This document shows positions 9,629 to 19,261 of a DNA stretch of 64,000 bases, piece after piece. A program made the translations under genes and the position numbers. Every line of letters starts with the position of its first letter. Positions within the stretch are counted from its first letter, which is position 1. Source of the DNA: Spirochaetia bacterium (lineage in GTDB: Bacteria > Spirochaetota > Spirochaetia > SZUA-6 > Bin103); contig OZ241863.1 in the NCBI GenBank assembly GCA_965203055.1, forward strand, positions 576,001 to 640,000, given 5' to 3'. Under the pieces are notes generated by a model. The model did not search any database. It was not told the origin of the DNA and saw nothing but the letters and a program-made list of their open reading frames with translations.

Positions 9629-10747
9629 TTACGTGGTTGGTTTCAACCCGGTCCGTGATTCGTTCCTGAACCAGTCATAGGTTGGATAGTGAATGGGGTT
9701 TCGAGGGTCGTTTGCTGCGTAGATCAGCATGGCGCGCAGCTCCCGCATGGTCCGATCGACGCGTGTTCGAAATGGTTCGGTGCGGCGGAGAAGTTCCTGA
9801 TTCAAGGCTTCATCTTCCCGGACTTCCGTAAGGTCCGCAGATTCGCTTCCGCGATAGCGGGCGCTGGGATCGGTCCGTATCTTCAACTTCGTAATGCGCA
9901 GGTGAACGGAACCGGCGCCGTGTGGTTTGGCGCCTCCCAGTTTGTGGCGCAACGGGCCGCGCAGAGTCACGCCTGCTTGATCGCTGGCGCGGCCGACGGC
10001 TGCCGCACTCAGCTCGACGGTACTCTGTTCTTCGAGTACCAGACAGTAGACGAGCAGGTCGAGTTCCTCCTCCCGCAGGTTCTCGAAATCCACGGTGAAG
10101 CGAAAACGGGTGCCCGGCGGTGCGGGTGTTACCGTCGCCGTCTGTCTTATATTCGGGTGCGGCCGCGTGAGCCGGTCCGCCTCGACGCGGTGATGATAGA
10201 GCTTACGCCGGTTATTTCTCGGATAGAAAGACTGGTGGGACCGTTTGGGCTGACCGACGGTAACAGGGTAAGCCGGCCACTGGACTGGCGCGAATGGCTC
10301 GGCCAGTTCGGCGTCGCTGAAGCGAACCAGTCCGGCAAAGGCGTTGCTGCCATCCAGATAGCCGAACATCCTGGCGACGACGTCGAGGCTCGAGTCGCGT
10401 CGCGCCATAGCCAGTTGATGCTGCCGGTCGACGCTCGCCTCACGGAACGGTACGGCGGCATTGCCTATGATTTCAGCCAGGGATCGGATGGCGCCTTTGA
10501 GAGACGTGGCCGGGAGATATGGCTGAGGGCCGCCGCGCCGGCCGCCGGCCGCGTTGCGTACTATATGGCTTACGAACTGCCCCTTACCGTCGCCGACGAA
10601 CAACGGCGTCAACGCTTCGAGTTCGCACCAGACACGGCCGGCGAGGCCATCAAGATGATGGTGATAGTGCGGAACGTCGTGCTCCACAGCTCGATCGCTG
10701 ACGGTGACCCAACGGTACGGATTCCAGAACCGTTCGCGTTCAGGCAT
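9629..10747 (-). CDS. cas7: Type III-D terminal Cas7-family RAMP (TIGR03986-like)
   Basis: FWNPY, ELEALTPLFVG, LPATSLKGAIRS, RRKLYHH, KLGGAKPHGAG G-loop. Confidence 0.88.
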   Translation of the reverse strand: MPERERFWNPYRWVTVSDRAVEHDVPHYHHHLDGLAGRVWCELEALTPLFVGDGKGQFVSHIVRNAAGGRRGGPQPYLPATSLKGAIRSLAEIIGNAAVPFREASVDRQHQLAMARRDSSLDVVARMFGYLDGSNAFAGLVRFSDAELAEPFAPVQWPAYPVTVGQPKRSHQSFYPRNNRRKLYHHRVEADRLTRPHPNIRQTATVTPAPPGTRFRFTVDFENLREEELDLLVYCLVLEEQSTVELSAAAVGRASDQAGVTLRGPLRHKLGGAKPHGAGSVHLRITKLKIRTDPSARYRGSESADLTEVREDEALNQELLRRTEPFRTRVDRTMRELRAMLIYAANDPRNPIHYPTYDWFRNESRTGLKPTT

Positions 10748-11336
10748 CGGGACCTCCGTCCGCGGGCTCCAGGTCGCACAGGCGCAGGAAATGCGGCTCG
10801 CCTACGTCGTCGCGCCACTGCTCGATGACCACCTTGACGTGGCGGCTGCCGCCGGCAATCGGATAGCGGAAGCGATGTGGAATACGCAACTCGATCCATT
10901 CGCCGGGGCTGGCTTCGGTTTGCTGTCCCCACAGGTAGTAGCGCTCCCGCTTCGGCTGCAGCCTGTCCAGGATGTCGGAACAGTCCGCCAGTGCACCGTC
11001 CGTCCAATTGGCGTCGCCGAGAAAGACGGTGCGCCAGCAGGTTTCGCCAAGCGACGCAATGACGCGCCAGCGCAATTCGCCGTCGGGCGCGAACAGTCTC
11101 CCCGCCGTGGAGCGGGACAGGCAACCGCCCGTTCGTTCTGCGATCGGCTCGCGGCCGGCGCCGCACCAATGGAGATCGCGTTCGACGCCGCGCCACCAGT
11201 CGAACGCCCAGCCATCGGCCGCCTCCAGCCAGATGCGGCGCGAAGCCGTGCCGTTGGGCGGCGGATCGAGATTCGTAATGAGATCCAGAAATCCGTTGCG
11301 CGTCAGGTCAGCCGCTCTCAAGCAAGCCACGGTCAT
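10740..11336 (-). CDS. csx19: Type III-D Csx19
   Basis: Position between cas7 genes; GRLF..DGELRWR, YYLWG, WIELRIP..F.YP, final F.RL. Confidence 0.8.
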   Translation of the reverse strand: MTVACLRAADLTRNGFLDLITNLDPPPNGTASRRIWLEAADGWAFDWWRGVERDLHWCGAGREPIAERTGGCLSRSTAGRLFAPDGELRWRVIASLGETCWRTVFLGDANWTDGALADCSDILDRLQPKRERYYLWGQQTEASPGEWIELRIPHRFRYPIAGGSRHVKVVIEQWRDDVGEPHFLRLCDLEPADGGPDA

Positions 11337-12301
11337 GCTCCCGCCCGCTGTCGAGGTTGCCGGTTGGGCGCCTGCCCTCCAGGTCCTCCGTGCCAGCGCA
11401 GGAATGCTTCGAACGCCGGCGTCAGTGACTGCAATCGCACGGACCAGTCGTCCAGAACGTACTCCTGGCGCAGACCGCGCGGCGCCGCCGCCGGCAACGC
11501 AACCGGATCCGCCGGCGTCCAGTCGTGCAGGCGGTATGCCTCCCGCTCCCCGGTCGTCGCCAGTTGCCCGATGCCGGCCAACGACTGCGCGGGATGCAGA
11601 TAGGCCAGCCGGAAAGACGCCACTTTGGCGCGTACTCGCCCCATGCCTCGGCTGCGCCCCGATCCCACGGCGATCATCTCGTCCTTCAGATCGGCGAGCA
11701 GCAGGTTGAGCCCCGCCAGTTGCCAGAGCTCGAAGTTGGTCAGCCGAATGCGCGCCTCGAACTTGCCCCCGACCACCGCCTGCAGGTCGAACAACACGCC
11801 TTTCACGGTGCCTCCCGTGAAGCGGTCTATGCCCACGCCGTTGCGAGACTCGGGCGTTGGAGCGCAGCCCGGCAGCGGGTACGCATCGCCGATGCTGAAC
11901 CGGCCCGCGAACTTCAACGAACCGAACAGGCGGCACGCTGCGCACGAGTCGGCGTACCTGGCGGACGCAGGATCAGCTTCCTCGCCGCGGGAACGATACC
12001 CGCAGCCGTAAGACTCTTTCTCGTCATCGACCGGAATCGAGATGTCGTTTCGCTTCGGGTCGTAGTATGGCAGGCAGACGCTCCCCGGCTGCAGAGTGCG
12101 GGCGATGCGCTCGAAGTGACTGCGCAGGACGCCTTTGAGCGACGAACCCGGTAGATAATAGACGCTCTCGCCGTTCAGAAAGGTCACGACCGGCACCATG
12201 TCGGCGTCACCGAGCGTCGCGTAGCCGCTCTTGACCAGTACCGGATCCACGGGTTCGATCTCAATCGTCACGTCTGCTTGGCACAGCCACTTTCGCAGCA
12301 T
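11333..12301 (-). CDS. cas7: Cas7-family RAMP (Csm3-like)
   Basis: YLPGSSLKGVLRS, CAACRLFGS, RNGVGIDRFTG, GSGRSRGMG. Confidence 0.92.
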   Translation of the reverse strand: MLRKWLCQADVTIEIEPVDPVLVKSGYATLGDADMVPVVTFLNGESVYYLPGSSLKGVLRSHFERIARTLQPGSVCLPYYDPKRNDISIPVDDEKESYGCGYRSRGEEADPASARYADSCAACRLFGSLKFAGRFSIGDAYPLPGCAPTPESRNGVGIDRFTGGTVKGVLFDLQAVVGGKFEARIRLTNFELWQLAGLNLLLADLKDEMIAVGSGRSRGMGRVRAKVASFRLAYLHPAQSLAGIGQLATTGEREAYRLHDWTPADPVALPAAAPRGLRQEYVLDDWSVRLQSLTPAFEAFLRWHGGPGGQAPNRQPRQRAGA

Positions 12302-12302
12302 G

Positions 12303-13130
12303 TCACTCCTCCTCCGGCGCCAGTCGCAGGCGGCGCTGAATATGATCGCCAAAGAAGCCTTCCCAATCGCCCAGGTCACTTAGGCGGTCGTCCGACGTGG
12401 TCGACGTCAGAAACGTGACCCGCTGCTCCGGGTCACTCAGATCGACCCCCAGCAGCTTGATTTCTTCTTCCAGATGGAACCGCCCGAGGCCGCGGCTGGT
12501 AAAGCCGCCGATGCTGCTACCCGAGCGCCACTCAAACAGCGCGGCGCCGAGCAGGGCCAAGTCCCGGTCATGCGGATTGTCGAGATCGATGCGCAGCTTG
12601 AAGCGGCTGCCGGGAGGAACCACCTCGTAATCGTACTTGAGGCCATCGGCCGCGGTCTGGCTGTCGCGATCGATCACCACTCCGTCACGCACCTGCACCA
12701 CGTTGGCCCACTCCTTCAGCATGCCGTCGCTCACCCGCAGGCGGCCGGCCTGGACCGGCGACCCGAACAGCTTGCACACATCGCAAGTGTGATCGTCGAT
12801 CCACCGCAGCCGCCCTTCCAGATCCTGAGACGCCTTTCGATATTCGTCACGCGCCTTCTGGTAGTATTTGACGTCACTCGTACAGTTCACGCCGCTTGCC
12901 TGATGGTCCAGCAGACAGGCGCTCAGGCCCAAGGCGTGCGCCAGCGTCTCGCAGGTGCTCCGCAGCCTCCCCTTGAGCGAAGACCCGGGCAGGACGGGCT
13001 GGCCGGCAGGGTCCAACACGACGCCCAGGTCGCTGCTCTCTCCCTCTCTGCCCGATCCGATCCGCCACGCCGTCTCGAACACCAAGTAGGCGGTGACACT
13101 GATCTTACGGCGCAACGCGAAGTCTCTCAT
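12303..13130 (-). CDS. cas7: Cas7-family RAMP (Csx7/Csm3-like)
   Basis: RIGSG, LPGSSLKGRLRS, CDVCKLFGS, RDGVVIDR, IGGFTSRGLG. Confidence 0.92.
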   Translation of the reverse strand: MRDFALRRKISVTAYLVFETAWRIGSGREGESSDLGVVLDPAGQPVLPGSSLKGRLRSTCETLAHALGLSACLLDHQASGVNCTSDVKYYQKARDEYRKASQDLEGRLRWIDDHTCDVCKLFGSPVQAGRLRVSDGMLKEWANVVQVRDGVVIDRDSQTAADGLKYDYEVVPPGSRFKLRIDLDNPHDRDLALLGAALFEWRSGSSIGGFTSRGLGRFHLEEEIKLLGVDLSDPEQRVTFLTSTTSDDRLSDLGDWEGFFGDHIQRRLRLAPEEE

Positions 13131-13551
13131 ATTCCTCGACCCCCAACCGGTACAAGGCGTGCGTACAGAAGCGTTCGAAAAACGCCGGGATGTGAGTCTG
13201 TTCCCACGCCTCCCGCCGCTTGCGTTGGCGGCGCCTGGTCTCCGTACGAAGTTCAGGCGGTGCGTGCTTGTCCCCTTCCACACGGACGGACCACCCGTTA
13301 CGCGAATCGCAGAGTCTTTCCACTAGTTGCCAGAATTGGACTTCTGACTGCTTGTTCTTTCGTTCTGCCCGAGTACGCTGACGTTCGGCGAAGTTCTTGA
13401 CTTGCTCCGGTTGCTGACGAGCAATCTGCCGCAGACCGTAGATCTGCGCTGTTTTCACGGGGAACTTTCGGATCTCGCCAAGCAGCGTATCGAGTTGCTG
13501 ACGAGCCTGGTCGCGGTAAACAGTATCGGACAGCAGATCGACTATTGTCAT
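13105..13551 (-). CDS. Small helical subunit, Cas11/Csm2-like (second copy)
   Basis: 148 aa, helical, KTAQIYGLRQIA..VKNFAERQ, translationally coupled within the operon. Confidence 0.6.
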   Translation of the reverse strand: MTIVDLLSDTVYRDQARQQLDTLLGEIRKFPVKTAQIYGLRQIARQQPEQVKNFAERQRTRAERKNKQSEVQFWQLVERLCDSRNGWSVRVEGDKHAPPELRTETRRRQRKRREAWEQTHIPAFFERFCTHALYRLGVEEYERLRVAP

Positions 13552-13958
13552 GCGCCGGCCTCCATCCGCTGCAATGCGAGTCGGTACAGGTATTCGCCGA
13601 CGACAGCCTGTACCCAGCCGCGGGCAAGCCGGAGGCGCAAAGCCATTCGGTCATATTCGTCCCCCGTAAGGTCCTGACTGAGCTTGCGCAACCGCGCAAG
13701 CTGCTTCAGCACGTCGTTACCGAGCGCCATCCACTTCTTGTCTCCCTTGCCCATCTGGTTCTTGACGAAGTCCTCGATGTCGGCGAACCGGGTGGCGGAG
13801 CAGGCGATCTGCTGCAGGTTGCGTACCTGCGTGCTGATCTTCCCCTTGTCCGAGCCGAATTCGTCAAAGAATCGCCTGCCAAGAGAGGAGAACTTCTCGT
13901 GGTTCTCGTCAAGGTAGCAGTCAACCTTGCCGATCAGGTCGGCGTTCAAGACGTGCAC
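13548..13958 (-). CDS. cas11: Small subunit Cas11/Csm2-like
   Basis: STQVRNL..IA......IEDFVKNQMGK..W pattern; position after csx10. Confidence 0.72.
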   Translation of the reverse strand: MHVLNADLIGKVDCYLDENHEKFSSLGRRFFDEFGSDKGKISTQVRNLQQIACSATRFADIEDFVKNQMGKGDKKWMALGNDVLKQLARLRKLSQDLTGDEYDRMALRLRLARGWVQAVVGEYLYRLALQRMEAGA

Positions 13959-15184
13959 GGCTGCGCCTCCTGCATGGAAAATCGACGGTGGAACTCATCG
14001 GACACCGACACTACGCCGAAACCCTCGTTGCGCCGCAAGCCGATGCCGTCCTCGACCAGCGCCGCGAGCCGCGGGATAAACGCGTCGCGTTGGCTTGGCG
14101 CGCCCTCGAATCGATAGACGTAGGCCGCGCCGCGCGCGACCGCCCACTCGTCCTGACGCGGCAGACCGTGAGCCGCGTTCCAGCCGCGGAGGCGCTCGTG
14201 CCGGGTGACCGCGGCGATCCAGCGTACCGTACCGCCAGAATCGAGGAGCCGGACCGCCCGATTCCGTAGCGGGAACGCAGTCGAGACAGGGGACATGTGC
14301 GGCAGCCATCCAACCATGTCCGCCGGGTCCAGGGAATAACGCAGAAACCGATCCACCATCACGGCGCCGGTCGGAAGTGAAATCGCGAAGAAGAAGCCGT
14401 CCGCCAAGTTCGTAATGGATAGCTTCCGCAGAAAGTTGCTCAGGTCGGCGTTCCATCGAACCCACCGATCGGCCTGCGAGCGCAGGTTCTCCGGCGCCGC
14501 CGGCTCTCCGAGCGTCACGTGCACGTCTCCGTAGCCGCGCGTGCGGGCATGGCCGACGGAAATGCGGCCCGCTTCATCCTGCAGGAGCCGCCGCAACGTG
14601 TCGAGCGCGTCGTCATCAGCCCGGAGCCAACCATGGAGATCGGCATCGTTTCCGGAGGGCGCCAGCGCTTCCAGGGTGTAGAAGATGGAGTCCGCGGCGG
14701 TGCCGGTCCGGCGGTCGATGCCCACGTGAGAGGCGACCTGCAGAGTGCTCGCCTTCTTACAAACGCGGCCGGACTCGTCGCGCCAGAAACCATCCTCCGC
14801 CTTCAAGTCCGCATCGCACTGCGCGCACTGCTGCCAGGCTTCCGCGCCGCCGGCCATCCGGCCCGCCGAGTAGTGTTGCGCGACGCGGAACCAGAGCAGG
14901 TCCACCAGGGCATGCTCAAGCCGTTCGTGCTTGCAGGAAGCCGCGGTCAGCGGGAATACCTGCGGAGCGGGGTCCAGCGGTCCGAAGCGGCAGGCGGCAT
15001 CGTTAAGAAACACCCGTTCGAAGGTCTCGTCAGTCCGCCCATGGCGCTGCAGGTAGAGCGATGCGAAGGCCCCGCGCACGAGAGTGCCCGCCACCGACCG
15101 GGCACTCCCAGAGCGTTCGGACTGCCGATCGCGCCTGATCGCCAACGGGGCAAGCAACCGCGCGGTGACAGAGACGATTTTCAT
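13946..15184 (-). CDS. csx10: Csx10 (Cas5-family RAMP of type III-D)
   Basis: GTLVRGA, HVGIDRRTG, VGHARTRGYG, GWN...GLPR, GIGLRRNEGFG. Confidence 0.85.
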   Translation of the reverse strand: MKIVSVTARLLAPLAIRRDRQSERSGSARSVAGTLVRGAFASLYLQRHGRTDETFERVFLNDAACRFGPLDPAPQVFPLTAASCKHERLEHALVDLLWFRVAQHYSAGRMAGGAEAWQQCAQCDADLKAEDGFWRDESGRVCKKASTLQVASHVGIDRRTGTAADSIFYTLEALAPSGNDADLHGWLRADDDALDTLRRLLQDEAGRISVGHARTRGYGDVHVTLGEPAAPENLRSQADRWVRWNADLSNFLRKLSITNLADGFFFAISLPTGAVMVDRFLRYSLDPADMVGWLPHMSPVSTAFPLRNRAVRLLDSGGTVRWIAAVTRHERLRGWNAAHGLPRQDEWAVARGAAYVYRFEGAPSQRDAFIPRLAALVEDGIGLRRNEGFGVVSVSDEFHRRFSMQEAQPCTS

Positions 15185-15924
15185 GCCATGTCTCCGCGCA
15201 GCTCGTCGATCCACTTGGCCCATTCGCCTCTCCATCTCGCGAAGCTGGTGAGGGAATACTCCGGGGTCTCGGTGGCGCCGTTCCAACGCAGTGACTCGAT
15301 ACGTACCTCGCACCTACCCAAACCGGTGCTCTTGTCGCCGCCCAGAGTATCCAGCGACAGCAGCCCAGCCACCAGAAGCGCATACTCGTAAGGGAACTCA
15401 TCATCGTCTTCTTGCGTCAGAACACCGCCGGGATGCCGGGCGCGGATGGCGCCTTGCAATTCGACATCCGCTTCGACCAGTTCCGTGGTAAACAAGTGTC
15501 GTTCCATGACCGTACCGGTGACACGATCGATGGCGGTGCGCGCGGCCACGGCCGGCGTTCCCTTCTCCGCCTTGCTTGGCACGGCGTTGGTCATGAACAC
15601 GCACTCACCTTGGTAGCGGCTGCCGAACAGTCGGTCGATCAGCAGCTTGGACTTGGCCAGTGGCCGGAAATGTTCCACGAGGCTCCGGTCGCCTTCTCCG
15701 GCGCCTGCATGCGGATCGACCGCTTCGAGGCCGAGCGCCAAGGCAAGCCGCTCGCACTGATGCCGCAGCACGCCCTTGACTTGCGAGCCCGGCACGAAAG
15801 GCGCTCCCGCTCCGCCGAGTCGCTGCTGCAAACGATCCACTGCGGCCGACCCGTAGCCGCTGCCGACGTGCCAGCGTCCGTTCCATGCGATGCGGTAACC
15901 GATGTCCAAGCGCTGCGGTTTCAA
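15181..15924 (-). CDS. cas7: Cas7-family RAMP
   Basis: WHVGSG, VPGSQVKGVLR, LFGS, RTAIDRVTG, LGGDKSTGLG. Confidence 0.9.
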   Translation of the reverse strand: MKPQRLDIGYRIAWNGRWHVGSGYGSAAVDRLQQRLGGAGAPFVPGSQVKGVLRHQCERLALALGLEAVDPHAGAGEGDRSLVEHFRPLAKSKLLIDRLFGSRYQGECVFMTNAVPSKAEKGTPAVAARTAIDRVTGTVMERHLFTTELVEADVELQGAIRARHPGGVLTQEDDDEFPYEYALLVAGLLSLDTLGGDKSTGLGRCEVRIESLRWNGATETPEYSLTSFARWRGEWAKWIDELRGDMA

Positions 15925-17585
15925 CGTCCGCTCTCCTCCTGAGTATCCGGAAACAGATCATAGGCATCTACGATGTCGGCCACGCACAGCGACCGTCGGT
16001 TGCCGGACTGAAACCACGGAAAGCAGACCTCATGGCCGGCGGGCTGCAGACGTTTCACGGCGTTCCACAGGGCACGGCGTTGCGACGGTTCGGCGCCATG
16101 CCGGGCGCGGGCGAAGATTTCCCGGATGCGGCGTTCCGCATGCTGCTCCCGGGCGGTGAGGGCAGCGTCCAGGAGCTCGTGCAGCTTGCTGCGCGGAAAG
16201 CTGGCCCGGCGTAACTCCCGGACCGCGGCGCGCACCTCCTGCAACTTCAATCGCGTCAGTGGTCGCAGTGTTCTCGGCGCTTTGTCGGTGTGATAGGTAC
16301 CCCTTCTTACGTCCTGGAGATCGAGGCTGTTGGCTCCGGCTACGACGTGAAAATCGATGCGGGCGGTGTCACGCTTCCCGTTCATGGCGTTTGGGCTGCG
16401 CTTGGCATTCTGCAGCAAGGCCGTGGCCAGGTCCAAAGCCAGGTAGAACGGATACGTGCTCCGGACGATGGCAACGCCGCAGGAAATCGTGAAGCCGTTG
16501 TCGCCCCGGTGCTCCCGGAAGAAGCGCCGGGCGCCGTCATCCGGCACGGCTTCGATTTTTGCGCGAGTGAGCCGCTCGAACTCCGCGGTGACGTGGCATG
16601 CGAAGTCGAGGGCGCGGTCGGCCGGCAGGGCGACCAGCAGATCATCGCCGCCAAGCAGCAGGACGTCGGCCGGCAGCGGAGGCGGCTGGCGGCCCCGATC
16701 GATGGTGTCTCGGATACGCTTGACATCGGTGCTCATAACCGCATCGAGGCCGGAGAAACACGCCTCCCGGATGCTCTCGTCGACGACCTTGCTGAAGTGC
16801 CGGCACGTCTCCGAGCTGTCCAGCGCCTGCACGACCTTGCCCATCGCGTTCCCGTCGGCGTACACCACACCGACGTAGTTGCGCCATGACGACCGGTCGC
16901 CGATAGCCGTCATGTCCGCGCACCGCAGAGCATGCCATTCCTCCTGCGGAGGCCATGGGCCGGCGCTTGCCAGATGTTCCATCCACTTGGACCAGACCGC
17001 CCCGGCGCGCGATTCCCGCCCTTCGCACGCCTTCCGATGGCTCGCCTCGGACAACATGGCGGCCCCTTCCGCGCCATGGTCCGTGAAGCGCGCCGCCGGC
17101 AGATGCGAGGCGGACCGACACTCCATGATCGCGGGCAGGGTGGAGGCGCCGTAACGACCGCCGCCAAACCCCCGGCGGCAGCGCAACTGGAAGTGGGCCC
17201 GGTCCACCGCGCAGCGGTACCCGCCGTCCGGCAGTGGCGCGATGCCGTAGGCCGGCCGCACCTCGCCCCCGGTCCGGTCACGGACGTAGCGCACCATGCG
17301 CCGGCAGGCGGACTCCACCGTGTCGGCGTCGCACTGCCGCACGATGAACTGCGCCGAACCGCCATTGGCATAGATCGTCTCCAGGGCCGCGGTTTCGAGG
17401 TGCTCATCGAGCACCCGCTCCATTTCGTGTCGATTCAACCGATCCAGCCAGGCGCTGGCCCCGCGCACCTCATTCAATCGATCCGTGCCGAACACGTAAC
17501 TCTTGATCGACGGGACATCGATCTGAACCAGGAATGTCCCGGTCTTTCCGGGATCACCGGCTTGGTTCACGGCTTCTCTCGACAT
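15921..17585 (-). CDS. cas10: Cas10 (type III-D, no HD domain, intact cyclase Palm2)
   Basis: IDVPSIKSYVF, YANGG, YADGNAMG, LLLGGDDLL, TISCGVAI; about 555 aa with no N-terminal HD domain. Confidence 0.93.
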   Translation of the reverse strand: MSREAVNQAGDPGKTGTFLVQIDVPSIKSYVFGTDRLNEVRGASAWLDRLNRHEMERVLDEHLETAALETIYANGGSAQFIVRQCDADTVESACRRMVRYVRDRTGGEVRPAYGIAPLPDGGYRCAVDRAHFQLRCRRGFGGGRYGASTLPAIMECRSASHLPAARFTDHGAEGAAMLSEASHRKACEGRESRAGAVWSKWMEHLASAGPWPPQEEWHALRCADMTAIGDRSSWRNYVGVVYADGNAMGKVVQALDSSETCRHFSKVVDESIREACFSGLDAVMSTDVKRIRDTIDRGRQPPPLPADVLLLGGDDLLVALPADRALDFACHVTAEFERLTRAKIEAVPDDGARRFFREHRGDNGFTISCGVAIVRSTYPFYLALDLATALLQNAKRSPNAMNGKRDTARIDFHVVAGANSLDLQDVRRGTYHTDKAPRTLRPLTRLKLQEVRAAVRELRRASFPRSKLHELLDAALTAREQHAERRIREIFARARHGAEPSQRRALWNAVKRLQPAGHEVCFPWFQSGNRRSLCVADIVDAYDLFPDTQEESGR

Positions 17586-17669
17586 AGCATGGCAGTTCGA
17601 TCCAGCGACTCGATCATACCGCCACACTCCACAAGGTGCAACGCCGTCATCTGCGTGATCTTCCCTGCG

Positions 17670-18896
17670 TCAGTCAGCAAGGCAGATTCTGAAAGCATCG
17701 TCCAGGGCGTCCCGTAGCCGACCGGGATCATCGAGTATTCCGCGGGACCTCCGTTGCGGACGGGTCGTGTGCGCAAGGGAGTTGCGGATGTGTTGGAGAT
17801 TCAGGTGGGCGAGCTGCCGCTCGCCGGCGCAGTTGGTTGTCAGCTCTATCGTGGCCGCCTTTCGAAGTTCTTCATCATATCGATATTGGTCGACAGGCCT
17901 TCCGTTACTCTGATTCTGACACCACCGGTTGATGCAGGCTTCCCAGCCCAACATCGCCGCGCGCACGAAGTCGTGGCGGTTCAGGTATTGGTAAGCGAGC
18001 TCCCGCTGCCGTTGCCACGGCTGGCCTTGTTTCACCCACCGCAGCCGCTTCTCCAACTCCTCCTTGAACAGACCGGACGCTCCACCGAGCGGTGCGGCGC
18101 GCTCCGACAGATAGGACAGGAACGTGCGCACTCTGTTCTCGGCGGCAGGCACGTTGAGAATGCGTTCGTAGAACGACGCGTTCGTCAGGCACCTGGCCTT
18201 ATCATACGGCACGCCGTCTGCGACGAGCAGCGGTTCGAACATCCCCAGGTCCCCGGTCGCGTCATACCGTTCCAGCGCCGCCACCCAACGCCTGACGCGG
18301 ACCAGTCCATCCAGCTTGAGCACCGGCGTGATTCCTTCCCGCGTCATGTCCACAGCGCCGTACCACAGGTCCTTGACCTCGAGACTACGGACGCGCTCCA
18401 GCATGAAGGCCGACAGGAAACCCACCATGGCGAGATGGCGGAACCCGTGCGTAAGGTCGAAACTCACGGTGCCGTCCGGTACCACCTTCGGATCGGCGAT
18501 GGTGGCAAGGATGCCGTACTGCTCACCAAGAGACTCCCCGTACGGTATGAGACGCGGTAGTACGTCGCAACGAGTCCGCTCTTTCATGAGCGGCGTTACG
18601 CGGTCAAGGAGGTCCTGGTCGACGGCAGACTTGGGCTCGGCCTCCAGCAGCTCGATACGCGCTTCCTCGTACTCGTCGCCCTCCTGCGTCGCCACGTGCT
18701 CGACCAATGCGCCCCACTGACTGCCGCGCGTGCCAAGTATCACGATCGCATCCGGCTGCAGATGCTCTGCCAACGCCAGTCCGAAGAACTCGGTTTCCTT
18801 CGTGGTTCCGTCGGGAAACAGATAGTTGGCCTTGCGATATGGCGTTTCCTTTGTATCCCTGCCTCGCCCAAGGAACGTTACCACCGTGTGCTTCAT
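17670..18896 (-). CDS. csx1: Csx1-family CARF-HEPN ribonuclease (TM1812/TIGR02221-like)
   Basis: TFLG, Y.KANY.F, ILGT.GS.W, DLTHGFRH CARF motif, C-terminal HEPN RNSLAH; GGAGG SD. Confidence 0.9.
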   Translation of the reverse strand: MKHTVVTFLGRGRDTKETPYRKANYLFPDGTTKETEFFGLALAEHLQPDAIVILGTRGSQWGALVEHVATQEGDEYEEARIELLEAEPKSAVDQDLLDRVTPLMKERTRCDVLPRLIPYGESLGEQYGILATIADPKVVPDGTVSFDLTHGFRHLAMVGFLSAFMLERVRSLEVKDLWYGAVDMTREGITPVLKLDGLVRVRRWVAALERYDATGDLGMFEPLLVADGVPYDKARCLTNASFYERILNVPAAENRVRTFLSYLSERAAPLGGASGLFKEELEKRLRWVKQGQPWQRQRELAYQYLNRHDFVRAAMLGWEACINRWCQNQSNGRPVDQYRYDEELRKAATIELTTNCAGERQLAHLNLQHIRNSLAHTTRPQRRSRGILDDPGRLRDALDDAFRICLAD

Positions 18897-18962
18897 TGCG
18901 CCCTCCAATGTGGGTTTGAGTCCGTCCCGCCTGTTTGGACTTCGACGGTAGCACGATAATTC

Positions 18963-18982
18963 TAAGCAATTTCCGTGCCATC
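18963..18982 (-). promoter_or_regulatory. Sigma-54 (-24/-12) promoter P1 for the csx1-cas10 effector operon
   Basis: Minus strand GATGGCACGGAAATTGCTTA contains TGGCACG-N4-TTGCT exactly; about 70 bp upstream of the csx1 ATG. Confidence 0.88.
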
Positions 18983-19111
18983 GTCGAGAGTCTACCGGCG
19001 AAGCCTGCACAGAACAGCGGAGTCGCCACTCGGTAGGTCGCTTTCATGGCCGCGCGCTCGCCACCGCCGGATCAGCGTGCCCGACCTTTACCATAGGCCG
19101 ACTCGCCCTGG

Positions 19112-19160
19112 ATTGCAACGGGTGTCGCAATAAATCTTCCATTCATGTAACGTATGTTAC
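19112..19160. promoter_or_regulatory. Two inverted repeats, candidate activator/operator sites
   Basis: ATTGCAAC-GGGT-GTCGCAAT (19112-19131) and GTAAC-GTAT-GTTAC (19147-19160) in an AT-rich patch 130-180 bp upstream of P1. Confidence 0.45.
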
Positions 19161-19261
19161 GATCACGGCCAACCTGTTCCGGCCACTGAGCAATGGCACG
19201 GCTGCAGGCTCTTCATGCGGTGCCGCCGGCGTGGCTGCGGAATTGGGAAAGGAGGACGACG

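Noticed and set aside
15921..17627. SAM-AMP/CorA signalling, or HD-nuclease activity of Cas10
   Set aside because: No CorA gene in the window and no HD domain; Csx1 points to cOA signalling
19194..19210. Third TGGCACG upstream of the regulator as a sigma-54 promoter
   Set aside because: The -12 position reads GG, not GC, at the required spacing; at most a degenerate site
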